A stretch of DNA of 62,814 nucleotides, filler included, from Phoronis australis (Eukaryota; Animalia; Phoronida): assembly GCA_002633005.1 (NCBI GenBank). It is 8 parts of 8 records of this genome, joined end to end, with 100 filler letters (N's around TTAATTAATTAA, not from the genome) between each part and the next. Parts side by side here need not be neighbours in the genome. Positions count along the whole stretch, not along the records: positions 24,693 to 31,697 come from NMRA01001516.1; positions 31,798 to 43,265 come from NMRA01001543.1; 6 more parts are not named here. One strand, written 5' to 3'. The notes under the pieces are model-generated. The model made no database searches. It saw nothing but the letters and a program-made list of their open reading frames with translations, and was not told the origin of the DNA. A program made the translations under genes and the position numbers. Shown in pieces: positions 25,033 through 38,878 of this stretch; the first letter of the stretch is position 1; every line of letters starts with the position of its first letter.

Positions 25033-27220
25033 ATATTTTTTTTTGTACGTGTATGTGCTTCAACCACGCCACTATTAAACATCACTGCAGAAACGAAATA
25101 CTTGCTGCAACGCCACTTGCATGGCAAGGCTAAAAATTGTTCACAGTCCGCCATTTTTTCACTGTGTGGTGAAGCTAACCAATGACAGCTGAGGTTACAT
25201 CAACCAATGCTAAAGCACGTGTCATTGCGTGATACCTGCGTGCTGGCTGAGCACGGAGGGGACCAGCGAACGTGCTAAGCACGCATGTATATCTAACCTT
25301 CAAATCAACAAGACTCAAATCTGCACTGTAAACATGCACAGTATGGAATGCTTGTAATCTGTCATGTTAGAAAACAAAATGTATTCTAGACATTGGTGTA
25401 TTTGGCATAAATAATAGAGCCACATTAAGAGTTGATCATGATCTGGTGCAAAATGTAAAAATCAAACAAAGTAATTAAGTCTTGACCAATGGTCAACATA
25501 ACACCACATAATTCTCCATCAGCTGACTTTTCTTCATCAAAGGATATTAAAATACAACGGTTCAAAAGGCCACAAATAGTTCTGATGAGCTGAATTATTT
25601 TATGATATGCTTGCCATGGGAAAATTTATGAAAGAAAAATATTTGACGTTAAAAACAGATTTGACCAAATGACGGTGAAGCCTGAAACTGTTCACTATTG
25701 GAGCTATTGCTGGATATCTACCCTGACAGGACTCAACTGACTTTGCTGATTAATTAGACAGCTACGTTTTTTCAGCACTTGTGTAGTTTTTTCAAGAAAA
25801 AAATCTCAGGTTACCATGTAGCATCAAAAGCGAATTCAGTGAAACAGATGGAGTGATGAAAGCAGCCCTGAGTTATGAAGACTCAACACTGAGAAGAGAT
25901 CAAATGGGAGTAGAGTAGGTTATAATGACTTTTAAACGTGACTTGAATGTGAGGTGTTTGTCATAACATTGCCATAACAAGTCTGATGGTTTTAGCATGA
26001 GGCAATGAACAGAGATTCCAGATCAGTTCACATTACAGGAGACATTTGCTTATCGGAGAATTTGCATCCATGGGATTTCCACAGAGCAGGCTTGCAGCTG
26101 CTGCATCTGAATCTGATTTTGCACTGCTTGTCCACAAAGATATCAGTTGCACTTGTTTCTTTACATGTTTTACGAAAAATTGATTGCAAAATTTGTGATT
26201 TTCCCATGTTTTAAGACTGGCTGCAGTGTGAATATGTGGCATACTTTAGGTCCAAACTACCACAATCGGTTCAGGTCTGCACCAGACTCAATTTTGTTAC
26301 CCGCGTCGGTTCTTTTTTAAAAGCTACACAAACATATCAAAGTTATTTTTTAACAAAGAAGCTTGGGAATTGAGCTGCAATCTTCTCTCGCCGGTCTGAC
26401 GGAGCACAGTGAAGTGTCCAACTCGACAAATATTGCAGTTTTATCATAGGACACAATATCTGGCATTCGTGACCATGAAAAATATCAAATTTAAAGAAAT
26501 TGGCAATTCCCACATGTTGAATTCAACTCCCCCTAGTGCAGAACTTAAGTTAAGCGCATTGCATAGTTTCCAAAAAATAAGGCTGCAAACACACTTCTGA
26601 GCTGAGTATAACACGCCAAAGATATTTCATCATGACTAAATCAACTTTTCAATGTTCTATGTCAGCACTGCAGCTCAGTATGCATCAGCATGATGCTTAG
26701 CATCAGAATCACAAAGGGGAAACTGACTTTGATGTATTTATAGCCATTAAAACAGCCATGTATACCTGTGTGGCAAGTGACCAATAGAGGGGAGCAGTGT
26801 GGGCAAAGACGTACGACGCAGTCAGAGAGGCCACAATTATAGAATTCCAGGAAATGTCTATTACGTACATTCAGTACAAGCCCAAAGTATTCAGACAAAA
26901 TCATCATGACGGCCGTGCAGAACCAAACTCAGCAACAGAGTAGTGTTCCTTCACCACCGAGAATGAGGGGGAATTGACAGGAAAGTTAGTTAGTAGGTGG
27001 TTGAGCCATACTGTGATTTTGCCACCTTACTCTATTGTTATTACCAGTAATTCTGCAATTAACAGAAAGAATTATTTGTAATGACAGGGAAAGCGGTATT
27101 TTGTCTGATTACTATCGTCTTATTCTGTATTTTGGCACAAGCTTAAGAATACTGTTCAACAAAAAAACAGGAAAACTTGGTCATCAAGAATTTCAAGGCG
27201 CCATGGTGTCACATTGTATT

Positions 27221-27364
27221 ATGATGAACAGGTGCCCTGGGGCTGTAACTGGGCTACAGTAGAGATTTCTGGGAGATGTAAAATATGATGAACAGGTGCC
27301 CTGGGGCTGTAACTGGGCTACAGTAGAGATTTCTGGGAGATGTAAAATATGATGAACAGGTGCC
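27221..27364 (+). repeat. 64-bp tandem repeat, ~2.3 copies
   Basis: ATGATGAACAGGTGCC starts at 27221, 27285 and 27349. Confidence 0.95.
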
Positions 27365-27399
27365 CATTAAGGAGCTTGGATTAGAGAAAAAAAGAGGAA

Positions 27400-28475
27400 A
27401 ACGGAAAAAATGAAAGTGCCACTAGGGCACACAGCGTTTGTCGGATTTGTCTGAAAGTTGTCGGCGTCCATTATCAACTTTATATAAATATACTAGCTAA
27501 ATTTAATAAAGATCCTACAGAGAGTTTGGGATACATAGCCATGGGCGTAAATAAAACAAAATTGCCACAAGGAGGTGCCACAGTTGATGAAGTCATCAGA
27601 AAATCACCAACAGTTGTCCTCTTCATGGTAGAAACATGCATGCCAATTTCCACAACCATTTTAGAGAGTAGTTTGGTTGACAGTTGGGGGACGTCACAAA
27701 ACCGACTCGAAAGCAATAAAAATGGCCACCAGGTGGCGCAAATACTTTGAATCAGTCCAAAAATGAATGGATAGCGTCACCTCACTAATAGACGCCTATC
27801 TGCGAAATTTTATGGAAACCCATTTAGGACCTTTGAAGATACAGGGGTAAACGTAAAAAAAATATTGCCACAAAGGGAACACGGGTAGTCCGATCTGTTC
27901 AAAAGTCATTGTCATCCCTTGTCAACTTCATAAATGCTCAAATTTTATAAAGATCCTGTACAACACTAAGGAGATACAGCCATGAGTACAAAAACAAACA
28001 AAACTGCCACTAGGAGGCGGCACAATTTTCGAAGTCCTCCGAAAATCATTGTCAGATGTCTTCTTCACAGAAGGAACATCATGCCACTTTTCACAATCAT
28101 CCTTAGAGTGGTTTGGTTGATAGAGGGGCGGATGCCAAATAACAGACTCGAAAACAGTAAAAATGGTGCAAAGTACCTTGAATAAATCTGAAAACGGGAG
28201 GATAGCGTCATCTCACTAACAGATGCCTAATGGCCAAATTTTATGAAAATCTGTCGAGAACCTCCGACAGAACAGAGGTAAACGTAAAAAAATGAAATTG
28301 CCACTAGGGGGCAGACCTGTAGTTGGATAGGTCTGAAATTTGCCAGCATTTGTCATCAGCTTCACAGGAATACATCTGCCAAATCTCATCAAGTTCCTAT
28401 GATGGGTTTAGGAGACGCCCAGACAGAGATGACGGCAATATGCACCCACATATAAATGTGTGAGCGCATAAAAAG
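27400..28475 (+). repeat. Helentron/HINE-like repeat with ~430-440 bp internal tandem units and 3' hairpin
   Basis: ATAGCGTCA.CTCACTAA at 27771 and 28202; terminal hairpin ATGCACCCACAT...ATGTGTGAGCGCAT followed by A-run. Confidence 0.55.
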
Positions 28476-28539
28476 AACTGTTTATTTAGTAACTTATGAG
28501 ATCATACGAAACTGTGACCATACAAGTAACATATTAGCC

Positions 28540-28960
28540 CTAATAAGCACCCATGCCCCTATAAGCCCCTCACGCGTTTCCAGACTTTGCTAAAATAAGT
28601 GCCCAGCCCATCAATGTGTACATGTGAAAAATGCCTTACCTACAGTTCTGAAAGTCGACAGTAACGTCTCTTCAATTTATCCTGAAAAATATCATTGTGT
28701 GCGGAATTTGAAGACCACCAGCTTCACCTCTGTGTCAGTATTTAGCCGTGACTATACACTTAAAACTTCTGCTGTGCTTGAAAAAGAATGCAAACGTTTT
28801 GCTGATCTTGCGAGGAACGTGTCCCACAATGGTCTGGCCTTTCAGAACAGATGCAGTGCACTTGTTAAAGGGATTGTATTGTATCTTTCCCGTACATATC
28901 TTCTCCCTCAACAGGAATACAAATTATTTTGTACATGTGAAAACCGCGCATCAAATACTA
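28540..28960 (+). repeat. Dispersed repeat (Tc1/pogo-like end), second copy at ~57240-57675
   Basis: Shared TAATAAGC.CCCATGCCCCTATAAGC...GTGAAAACCGCG; the 57240 copy begins TA|CCGT. Confidence 0.8.
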
Positions 28961-31900
28961 ATGAAAAACTTGACCAGCGTTAAAAGCACGTGGCCAGGAA
29001 GTGCGCGATACATACATTCACCTGTCATCGAAGACATTAGTCGGGAACTATCTATTCAAGAAACGGGTAGCATAGCATCGGCAAGAAATAAATATTGGCA
29101 CTAATTTCCGAAAGTTTCGAATACCGTAAAGAACTTATGAATTATTTTAAGAGGAATTATTTACTGAATCATAATTGGTGTTTTTAAAGTCAAAATGACT
29201 CACTGATAGCGAGCACTTCCGCATCAAATCTCCCGGAAAATAACTGTTAGACAGTCACGCATCCAGCCACCTGGCAACTGAATAACATTTTAATATCGGC
29301 CTTACCAAGTGCTTAATAGAACACGTTCTGTTTTACTGCTTGAGTCAATTCAGTTCGTCCATTGGATAGTCTTAGAAATTTAGGAACACCGAGGTTACAT
29401 ACAACAGAAGCTCTACAACATTTTCTAGATAAAAGTGTTGTGTCCAACCTCAAATTAAACCATGAGAAAACCAGTAATCCCTGCAAAAGGGTCAGTTTCA
29501 TGGAATTCATCTCTAAGAAAAGGAAGCTTTCTAGAAAAAAGTACGGAAATGTGAGACTTCATGGATGCTCCCTACTAAGGGGTACCACACTCGCAGTCAA
29601 CTTTCCAAATGGGAGGGCACTCTAATATTCCAGCTTTACCCCTGACAACAATATAGTCGAATACCCCTGTGCTGAGACACCCCTACTAGCACTCAAAATG
29701 AGTGACCTCTAGAACAAAATTAGAGTTTCCCTTAATCAGTGAGAAGTGAGTCATTTCTGGAGTCCACACCATAAGGACATATGCCCTCACTTAGAGCATT
29801 CTGCCATACCCTCTGTCCCTTAGGCAGATAATATGACATATTCCTCCTCACTCTTGCCTCGAAGAATCCATTTCACTATAACAAAAATCATGTTAGTTCT
29901 TGCTTAACTCGATCCAGGGCTCGACATAACAAGCTGCAGGTCGCGAATGCGACCTAGAATTTCCAACGAATGCAGATACCTGGCAAATATAAAGCAACTC
30001 TTTTATTAATCCGACTGTTATTTGGTTGTTGCCAAATCCAAGTTCAAAAGAACACCAACCGAGAACAACCCTCCTGATGACTTGTAAGCAAATCGCGTGA
30101 ACATGGGATATGCAGAATCGATCTTTGACACATTTCATTGGCTAACATTTTCGGCCACTTTTGCAAATTTCCGGATTCGCGGAATAAATTTTCGGGCCAC
30201 TGCATAACACGCATGTGATAAAATTCACAAAACAGCGGTGTTTCTAGTTATTCTGACGTGATCAACTTACCAAACTTTGTGGTGAACAAATATGTTTATT
30301 TTTTGAGTAAGATCTCCTTATTACTCCACGACAACATCCCCGATATCGCCTGCGGCACTGGTCGGTCCGTTGTTAGCGCGCAAGCAGTCCCGGTAGACAA
30401 TCGTGACTTAGAGATGTGCGTCTCATTTTTATCGCATAAGACAGCCAAATTGAAAATGACAACCCTATTAATCGCCAAACGACGGCCACGTCTTTATTTT
30501 CAGTTGCCAAGAAATTCTCAAACCTCTTTACTTGTTTCTGGGGCTACGTGCATGAAATATGATTCGTCTTTGACAGGTCGCTGCCAACATGAAGTGTAGG
30601 CCTACTCCAGCGATTCAAGTGCGTGAACATGCGCGTGCGCACCACTTCAAAGCTGCATATCAAAAGAGAACAGTGACAGTCATAAATGAAAGGGTATACT
30701 GGCATGGCTCTGTTAAGCACCCGGATGCCAATGGTTTAGTTGAAAATGAACTCTTCCCGGCGGTTATAAAAGACCCCATGCTTTACGATATTCCCCGAGA
30801 CCGATATAACACACAACTGATATTTTCCTGTTCTGACGTTTCCCGAGGTCGATGTTCCCTAAACCCTATATTCTATGCCCGTAGCCAGCTATTGCAACTA
30901 AACTTGAAATAGATGCAAAATTGTGGTTAGCGAACTTTTTATTCTTCTCTTCATACACCCCCCGGCAACTTTTCAGTCCCCGGACCACCGTCGCCATAAA
31001 TGTTCAGACTCCAATAGAAACAATCTTGTTCAAGCTGAAGCGGGCAACTAAAAATAAAATTATTCCGCGTGGCTAAAAAGGGTACAGTGTAGGTGGTAAC
31101 ATTATCCAGAAAGTCATCCCTACTAGATAGGAGTTTGCCTCGCAAAATCGTTTTATTATAACGTTTCTTACCATTGCAGTCTTTTAATATCTTATTACCG
31201 CAGACACTCAGGTTAACGACTATGCTCACGCACAAGCCTACTCCTTACATTTGAAGTGTTTCATAATAAGTGCTTACTGACCTTCTAACCGTTCCTCTCA
31301 ACTTTTGAGAATTTCGAATTAAGCACTCACAGTTCAGGCTAGCGCACATCATAGCGCACTACAAACGACCGCGCATGCTTTAAAATTGGCACGCAGCCTA
31401 TATGGCGTCATTCTCATTTTACAAAACAAATTCAGTTTTCAAAAAATGTCTTTTCTAAAGATGTAAAAACCAAATCGCGGCTTTGTTTTATACTTCCGAA
31501 AGAAAGTTAACACTAGTGTCACGCATGTTGTTGTATGACTGACCTATTTTTCTTGATGGAAACCCGCACGGAGGGAGTCGGAAATTATTTCAAGGCTATT
31601 GATTTCGTGGAAAACTAATTGTTGAGTACGTAAACAGCATAAGTACTACATGTTTTTTTGAACTTTGCATTTTTTTTTTTTTTTTTTTTTTTTTTTTNNN
31701 NNNNNNNNNNNNNNNNNNNNNNNNNNNNNNNNNNNNNNNNNTTAATTAATTAANNNNNNNNNNNNNNNNNNNNNNNNNNNNNNNNNNNNNNNNNNNNGTC
31801 AAAGTTGAAGGTCGCGGGAACTGGCAACTTTTTCAACTTTTAAGACCACGAAAGTGAAAAATACTTACGTAATAACGTGCGCAAGGGTTTCTTCTACAAG

Positions 31901-32199
31901 TTCACGAAGTTTCACGCCAAAATTCGAGAGTTTAGTCTTCTCCTGAGTTGAAAATCAAATACCAGTTGTTTTTACCGGCGACCATTTTGCTTTGAAATGT
32001 CGGTCACGTTGCTGCAAAAAACTCGTGCAAAGTATTATTAAACGGATTTTGCGACGAAAAAAGACTAACATTTAAGTAAAATAAGGTATTATTTGATACT
32101 TTGAAGTAATTTTTATTCACATTTATTACATTTTTGAGTGATTTTTTGCCGATTGTAATGTGCAAATTTTACACGGTGACAGATACGCGAAGCGATTTG

Positions 32200-32480
32200 G
32201 TGACGTATGTTGTCCTCGCTAATTCTTGCTTGTTTGAGGGCTACCTAAAATCACAGCCAATTTCTCGGTCGCTACCCAACAATAGAGTGCAGCTACAGCC
32301 AAGAAAGTGGCCTTTTTTATTCACAGCATGTTCACAAATACAAACAAACCACATTCACTGAGCCTACGTGCAATGCCCACCTACAAAATGCCCCCAAACT
32401 TGACCTACCCCAAAATTTCAATATTTTGGCAGTGCAAATTGGCCGCGACCGCAGCCTAACTATTCAGTGCCACCTAACGG
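32200..32480. repeat. Dispersed repeat; inverted copy at ~46045-46328 plus 47334-47360
   Basis: Reverse-complement matches, e.g. CAGCCAATTTCTC/GAGAAATTGGCTG and TTCAGTGCCAC/GTGGCACTGAA. Confidence 0.75.
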
Positions 32481-32785
32481 TACACTTTTATAACTCGCGC
32501 ATGGGCGGTCTTGGCCTCACAGTAAACACAGTTATATTTCAAAACAATAAAAATAGGATATGATTTTCACACTACAAAAACACATATTTGTTGACATTAG
32601 GCCACCAAAACCATAAGAAACACCTACTTGATTTCGATGAACAGTTATATAGCATTGTACAGTTATTACTTGGTCACATTTATGTATTATGCTGTTATTG
32701 TAATACCACACACAGGTGTTCAACAATCACATTCAGTAAACCAGTGCCTGTTAACCTTCGATCGTATCTGAGGGGTGGGGCAACG

Positions 32786-32850
32786 ATGAATGTCGATAAT
32801 ACCCAGGACCTCAGCAAAGAACGAGATTTTTCTGAATGGAAACTACTGAG
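32786..32850 (+). CDS. TSEN54: tRNA-splicing endonuclease subunit Sen54, exon 1
   Basis: MNVDNTQDLSKERDFSEWKLL(S); phase-2 GT donor joins exon 2 in frame (KLLSGTDL, cf. RVLSAREL). Confidence 0.7.
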
Positions 32851-33665
32851 GTGTTTAATCAGTTGTTGACAACCCTGTTCATTTTTTAAATTTGCCTTCC
32901 TGGCCTTGACAAATTTTGCCTGGGCCCTTGCTTGCGCTCTTTAGAGTCTTGTGGCTTGCAGCTGTGTGTGTGTGTCTTGTCACGTCATTGAGCATTTAAT
33001 GATTGTTCACAATCTGCTGCCTTTACGTTAACATTGTTGGCAGTCTTGCCTTATTTTGTTTTGCCATGTTGATGACTGTGTTCATATTCCAACAAAGGTA
33101 GTATTGGTAATATTGGTAATGGTCATTCCTTCAGATGTACCTTAGACATTGGTCCAACTTAAGGATAAATCAGTGGACAACAGAAAGTGTGGAGAAACTT
33201 ATAAGGTTGAGATTTTGCAATGCCTTGTTTTCATTGGTTAAATTGCACAGAGTTAAAGATCATCTAGAGAAGAATACCTCCACTGTCACTGCAGTTGGAG
33301 ACCATTGTATTAATACTGTACATGCAATTACTCGAGAAGATGTGTATGTAATTGTTTGTGAAGACAATTTTCAAAACAGAAGGATCAAGGAAGTTATAAA
33401 TTGAAATTGGATGGGAAAAGCGCTCACTGAACAGGGATTTTGGCTATGATCTATATTCAACTGGTTACCCTTGATGACATATCTATGACTGTTTGATTGT
33501 GTTTGTGTGTGAAGACATGGGAGTTTTTCCAATGTCTTTTGTTGCATCAGTTGTCACCGAGGAACAAACCCATGATGAGTTTGAAAGATTTTGATTATTC
33601 AAATCTTTTGACTCTTTGATAATCTTATTGATTATATTTGAAAGTTATTTTTAACAATTCTTTAG

Positions 33666-33827
33666 TGGAACTGATCTGGCATCACTGAGAGGAACAAAAA
33701 ATGTAGAACTACCACAGAGAGGCATCAAAGAGTGCGTCCCAGATGGATCTTGGCTTCAGGCTAAGCGCCTTCAGAAAGCTTATGAGGATCGGAGCGAGGT
33801 CATATCTGAGCCTAAAGTAGAGCGAAA
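33666..33827 (+). CDS. TSEN54: TSEN54 exon 2
   Basis: LPQRGIKECVPDGSWLQAKRLQKAYEDRSEVISEPKVER (cf. LPQRSHGPKDFLPDGS); AG/GT bounded. Confidence 0.92.
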
Positions 33828-34651
33828 GTACGTTGAAATGATATTTAGCACTAGTTTAATGCAGCCCCATGTCTGTGCCCAACTTCACACAATGTTACAA
33901 ATGTGTTTGAATTTGAATGAATTAAGTGAAATAAGTGGTGTAGAAATCGTCCTAATCAAACAACATTAAAGTTTGGTTAGTACAATTTAGCAGTCATGCC
34001 TCTCTGATGCAGATTTTTTATATACAAACGATTTGATTTTGATTGTTAGATTACTTCTTTCTGCATTTCTCGTATTGTCTAAAAATACTCCTTGTGTGTG
34101 GATCGCATCTGTGTAGTTGCTCCGCGAGCGACATCGTTTAATGATCAAACGATAGAAAAATTGTTTTTAAAAACTATGTTAGACCGCATTACTTCGAGTG
34201 TACACTACGTTCATCAAAGGCAAGAGATAAAATCAATGTTGAATAATTTTTAACGAAATCTGCATCATTAAAGATTGTGCGTCAGGAGTTTGTTAAGACT
34301 ATCAAGTTTCAGAATTTAGATGTCATTGAACCCTAAGCTAGTACTGATTGTAGTAGAAATAATTGATATAAAATATTGATCAAGTCATGAGATGGCAAAG
34401 ATACTGTTATACTTTACACCAGTCATGCTTTCCTTTTCATATGGCTTGTTTAGCAAGTTTGCTACAACTCACTGAAGTACTATTACTAGCAGAGTACTAC
34501 CACTTTGGCTGTACAACTGAATCCTGTGACATGTGAGCAGGTAGATCAACATCACTCTGTTAGACTACTGTCTATAATTGGATTTGAAATGAATGTATTC
34601 TTAGCTACAAGTAATTTGTTGTAATAATGCTTGCTTTTAACATTTTTACAG

Positions 34652-34715
34652 GGGCAGTTTGTCTTTTGGAGTGTGGTGTTCAACACTAGGAAAAGTTCAA
34701 GTTAGCCAAACAAAG
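34652..34715 (+). CDS. TSEN54: TSEN54 exon 3
   Basis: GSLSFGVWCSTLGKVQVSQTK (cf. GSLVAAEW); phases match neighbours. Confidence 0.88.
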
Positions 34716-36072
34716 GTTTGAAATTGTGAACAATTATGCTCTATAAAGAATCCTTTGGGTAAAATGTCACCAATTTAGGACACAATATGGCAAACAAGGG
34801 GAATTTTGTTTGTTAATAAAAGATTAGTTATACCAAATAAATGCTATTTTTATAAAAGATTAGTAACATTAGATAAATGTTTTGTCATCATTTAACTTCA
34901 CACAGAACTGCTACCACCAGAGACAATGTTTTCAAAAAGTTTTAGGCATTCTCGGCAATGTTTCCAGTAGCTTTTAAAAATGAAAAAGATGTTTTTCAGG
35001 AATCAGTGAATTTGCCGTAGTCTTCTGTTCTCATTGTGTATTCAGTGTTGATGTTGGTTAAAGGCAGATGAACATTGATTTCTAATGGTGAATTTTGAAT
35101 AAAAATAATAGCAAATTTTAAAGCTGTTACTTAATGTTTTATGTTAAATAAAATAATTTTTAAATGATTTCTTTTGAAACGTTAGTTGTGAGTAAAAATT
35201 GTTATATGAAATACGTAATGTGCGGTTTCCAATGTAGGATTGAGGTGTTACCTGTTTGAAAGATGTTTTTTTGTCAATTGGATGTATTTTACTTTCTCTG
35301 AACGATATTTTGAACCTTTCTAGTTGATTTTTATGAAAACGAAGTGAACAATGCATTAATAGAAAGTTTGACACTGTGAGCAAAGAATGTATAAGCAGCT
35401 GAATCGATGTTGTAATTAGTCTGTTGTGCGTGAACTTGGAATCCTGCTTAATCTCAAGATCATGTATGTGTGAACTTGGAGTTGAATATTCTTTAGGGCA
35501 ATCAGGTGATTTTTTTCAATTTAAAGAATTTTGGCCTCATGATCACCCATTTTCTCCTTTATCGTTACTTGTGTCAAAGAATCGTCAGAATTTGTGAACA
35601 GTTAAATCAATTATTATATGGTGAATAAATCACCAATAGTTGAAAAAGGGTAATTTAAAATTTATTAAGATGTAATTTGATTTAGTGCAGTGTAAATTAT
35701 TATCAACGTGAACATGATTATTTGAGTGAACTTGTCAGTGTGTATTCCATCTTCACGTATTATGCGATCTAGAGATTAAGCAAGATTACAAGTTCATATG
35801 CAACATGGCTGCAAATTGTTATGAACTGGGGTCGGGAATGAAGATGGAAAAGCAATAAAACAGCTTTCTAACATGGACAAAGATTTTCGAAACTTGCCCG
35901 CTACTTCACAATTGTAGTTTGGGTTATTGCTATTTTATTAAACTCATTTTTATCAAAATCAACTGGGCAAAATCTTAAGATACCTTTTACAGTTAGCAAA
36001 TGTTTGAAATTGACCAGAAACACCCATTAAAAAGGTAACCTGTATTTATTCCAATGTCATTTTTATTTTTAG

Positions 36073-36156
36073 GGAAAGTGCTGGGACAGGTTTGGCCACT
36101 ACGAAGATGGTCAACTATATTTGAATCCAGAAGAAGCTCTTTATTTGCTGGATATT
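36073..36156 (+). CDS. TSEN54: TSEN54 exon 4
   Basis: GKCWDRFGHYEDGQLYLNPEEALYLLDI, hallmark PEEALYL. Confidence 0.95.
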
Positions 36157-37137
36157 GTACGTTTGTTGTGTTTGATGGCATAAGATAGCAATGTATTTTA
36201 GAGGATGAGGAGGGTGTTCAGGCATGACATGTATTGGCTTGCCAAAATGAGATCTGTCTGGTCAAAAGTAGCAAAGTTAGTCTTGGTCTTTAACCTGACT
36301 CATTTTGAGGTCTGCGCTCACCGACTGCAAATTATCCGTTCATATCAATTTCGGCCAAAGTTTTGTGTATTTTTTTCTAAAAAGCTGCACAAAAGGATGT
36401 AAAACAAGACTTAGCAAAGTGTGAAACACCATGATTTGCCAAGCGATGATTTAAGAAATATATCCCACATCATTTTTGCTCATCCCAAAAAAGTGAGCAA
36501 CTAAAAATATGTGAATGACCAGAACCAATTATGTTTTTGGCCTTATACTTGAGGGGGAGTATCCATTCAAGAAACTGCATTAGTTAAGTGCACTCCCAAC
36601 ATGTCCTAGTGTTCTTCCTACGTGTATTCAAGCAAGATGCTGCATCACATTTGAAATGTTTTGCATCATCTTTAGAAATCTTGAGCCTTGTTTGAGAAGC
36701 TCTCAACCATGTATAAAATCGTGAGGCAAGTTTGAGGAGACCAAGTCTTTATTGCAGCTTTACAAGATTACTGTTGGGCGGTGGTACTTATTTTTATTAT
36801 TTTGGGGTAAAAATAATACTGACATGATCAGCAAGTGAAAATAATGTGTAGCTATAGTTGTTTCTGTGAATTGGTAAAACGGGAGATTAGGAGACAAAAA
36901 TACAATATGCAATTTGTACCGTGTTTGGATTTTGCTCAAGAACCTTGTATGTATTGTGAATTGATGCCATAATACTTACAGGTTTTACAAAACATGATAT
37001 TAATTATTCATACCATTTCAGCATAAATGTACTTATTTGCCTAAGTACGGATTTCATATTTTAATTATCCAACCTTTGGATTGCAAATATACTTATAAAA
37101 AATTAAAGTTTTAATTCTGTGTGCACTGTTATTCCAG

Positions 37138-37286
37138 GGTTACATAGAAATAACTTATGGCAGTCTACCAATCAGCCTACAGCAGGCTTATTCAGCCTTC
37201 TTTCAGCGTGGAAATTTCAGTCTCTCTGACTATCAGGTTTATGCTCATCTGAATCGACTGGGTTTTGTCGTACAGAGGCACAAAAG
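37138..37286 (+). CDS. TSEN54: TSEN54 exon 5
   Basis: LPISLQQAYS...YQVYAHLNRLGFVVQR (cf. YQVFSHLKRLGYVVRR). Confidence 0.95.
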
Positions 37287-37889
37287 GTATGTTTCATTGT
37301 AAATGTTACTTGCTTGTGAGCCATGCGGCTCACTGGGACATTTCAAGGTACCTAGATTTGTCTTGACTGGCACTCGAAGTTGGGTCTCTTGAGCACTGGT
37401 CAGGACATAGATCATTTCCGAATAAACTATAGATGATGTGACCAACAGATGGCGCTCTAGAAGGCTAATAACTCTTACATAAACCACATCAATGTACTGA
37501 TTTATAGCAGCACAAATATACATAATAGTCTTAGTTTTAAGTGCTTAAAACCACCATATATCTTGTTTTGACAAGTGACAACATTGTCAGCACCATTAAT
37601 TTATAGCACTGGATATCACAATCTTAAACTCAGTGTCCCAAAAATGAGAAAATAGAAGAAAATCGACTTCAATTGAAAGTTTCTGAGCTCCATGGGCTTG
37701 AGTATGACATGAATATACCCAGCACCAGTGCGTCATGTCCATGAAAACTCAAATTTCTTTTACAATCATGTGCCATATCCACGCTTTTCCGATGTCCCTT
37801 GGGAAAGTGAAAAGAGTCGCAGCCTGGTCAAAAACTAGTAGCCACAACCGTCACAAACAATACCTGGCTGTTTCTTATTCTACCATAAA

Positions 37890-38126
37890 CATGCGCACAC
37901 CCATGGGAGGGGTGCTCGAATGAGCCCCCCCCCTTTTGGCGAAGTAGGCAAAAAGGTCCGCTTCAGCTAAACAAAAAGTTTGAAAAAGTAGAAAATGAGA
38001 AAAAGTCCGCTAAAAAGTCAGGAACTACCAAAATTCAGCGAGTGCCCATTTCATAGCTCTCAACGTACCCCGTCCACATACTCAAAAATTCGAGCCCCCC
38101 ATTTTTTTAGGCTGGGTGCGCTCATG
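37890..38126. mobile_element. hAT-like MITE with 5-bp TSD
   Basis: CATGCGCACACCCA...TGGGTGCGCTCATG; TSD ATAAA on both sides. Confidence 0.8.
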
Positions 38127-38217
38127 ATAAACTAAAAATGAGCAGCAGTATCTGACGACTTACCACACTAAACACAATGGAGGATGACTAGCGCTGTGAT
38201 TGGTTGTTCTGACTTAA

Positions 38218-38493
38218 AGGTAGTATGCCACAAATAAACGCTCATAATTTGAGATCGGCTATTAATTTAAAATTCTTGAACATTCATCAGATAGTGTTTG
38301 CAGGTGTTCTAATTTGATAGTTGGTCGACTGATGTGATTGTTTTTTTTGGTGTTTGTGATATGAAATTGGTGATTATAAGCACTTAAAAATGATAGAATT
38401 CTTGTTTTCTGTTTAATTGCTAGTTCTCAAATTTTGTTTTAAGGACATGACTTCTTGAGTAAGTTTGTTTTCTACACCTGAATGCATGGACCT
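38218..38493. mobile_element. Kolobok-like non-autonomous element
   Basis: TTAA|AGGT...ACCT|TTAA with short imperfect TIR. Confidence 0.6.
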
Positions 38494-38878
38494 TTAAACA
38501 TTTGTTCTGCCTTCCAATTAGACCTGTTGAATTGATTTGTTGTTTGAAAGTGAGGCTACAGATCTAATTGTGCTTAGATTTGCCTGATACTTTGTTCAAA
38601 CATGTTGATTTTGACGAGATGCCAAATTGAATGTCTATTCAGAAGGTAGATTAGCCACTCAGAACAAGTGCTCACAAAGGCGTTTATCAGCTGTCTTACA
38701 AGTAATTAGCATATACCTAACATTATTGTGCGAAATCAGCAAAGTCTAACCACACTTCTCTCATCTGAGCTCAGATACCCAATCTGCCTTCTGATTGAAT
38801 GCAACTTTTGATAGGCTTTCTTAGTTGTATGCGTGCTGTAACTGTGGTTTTAGGCTGTGCTGGGTATTTATTTTTCAG

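Noticed and set aside
29362-29625. Possible CR1/L2 RT remnant (NLKLNHEKT)
   Set aside because: Only one short motif; too weak to call without a search
29893-31235. Several 80-110 aa ORFs with possible splice donors
   Set aside because: No recognisable homology or consistent exon chain
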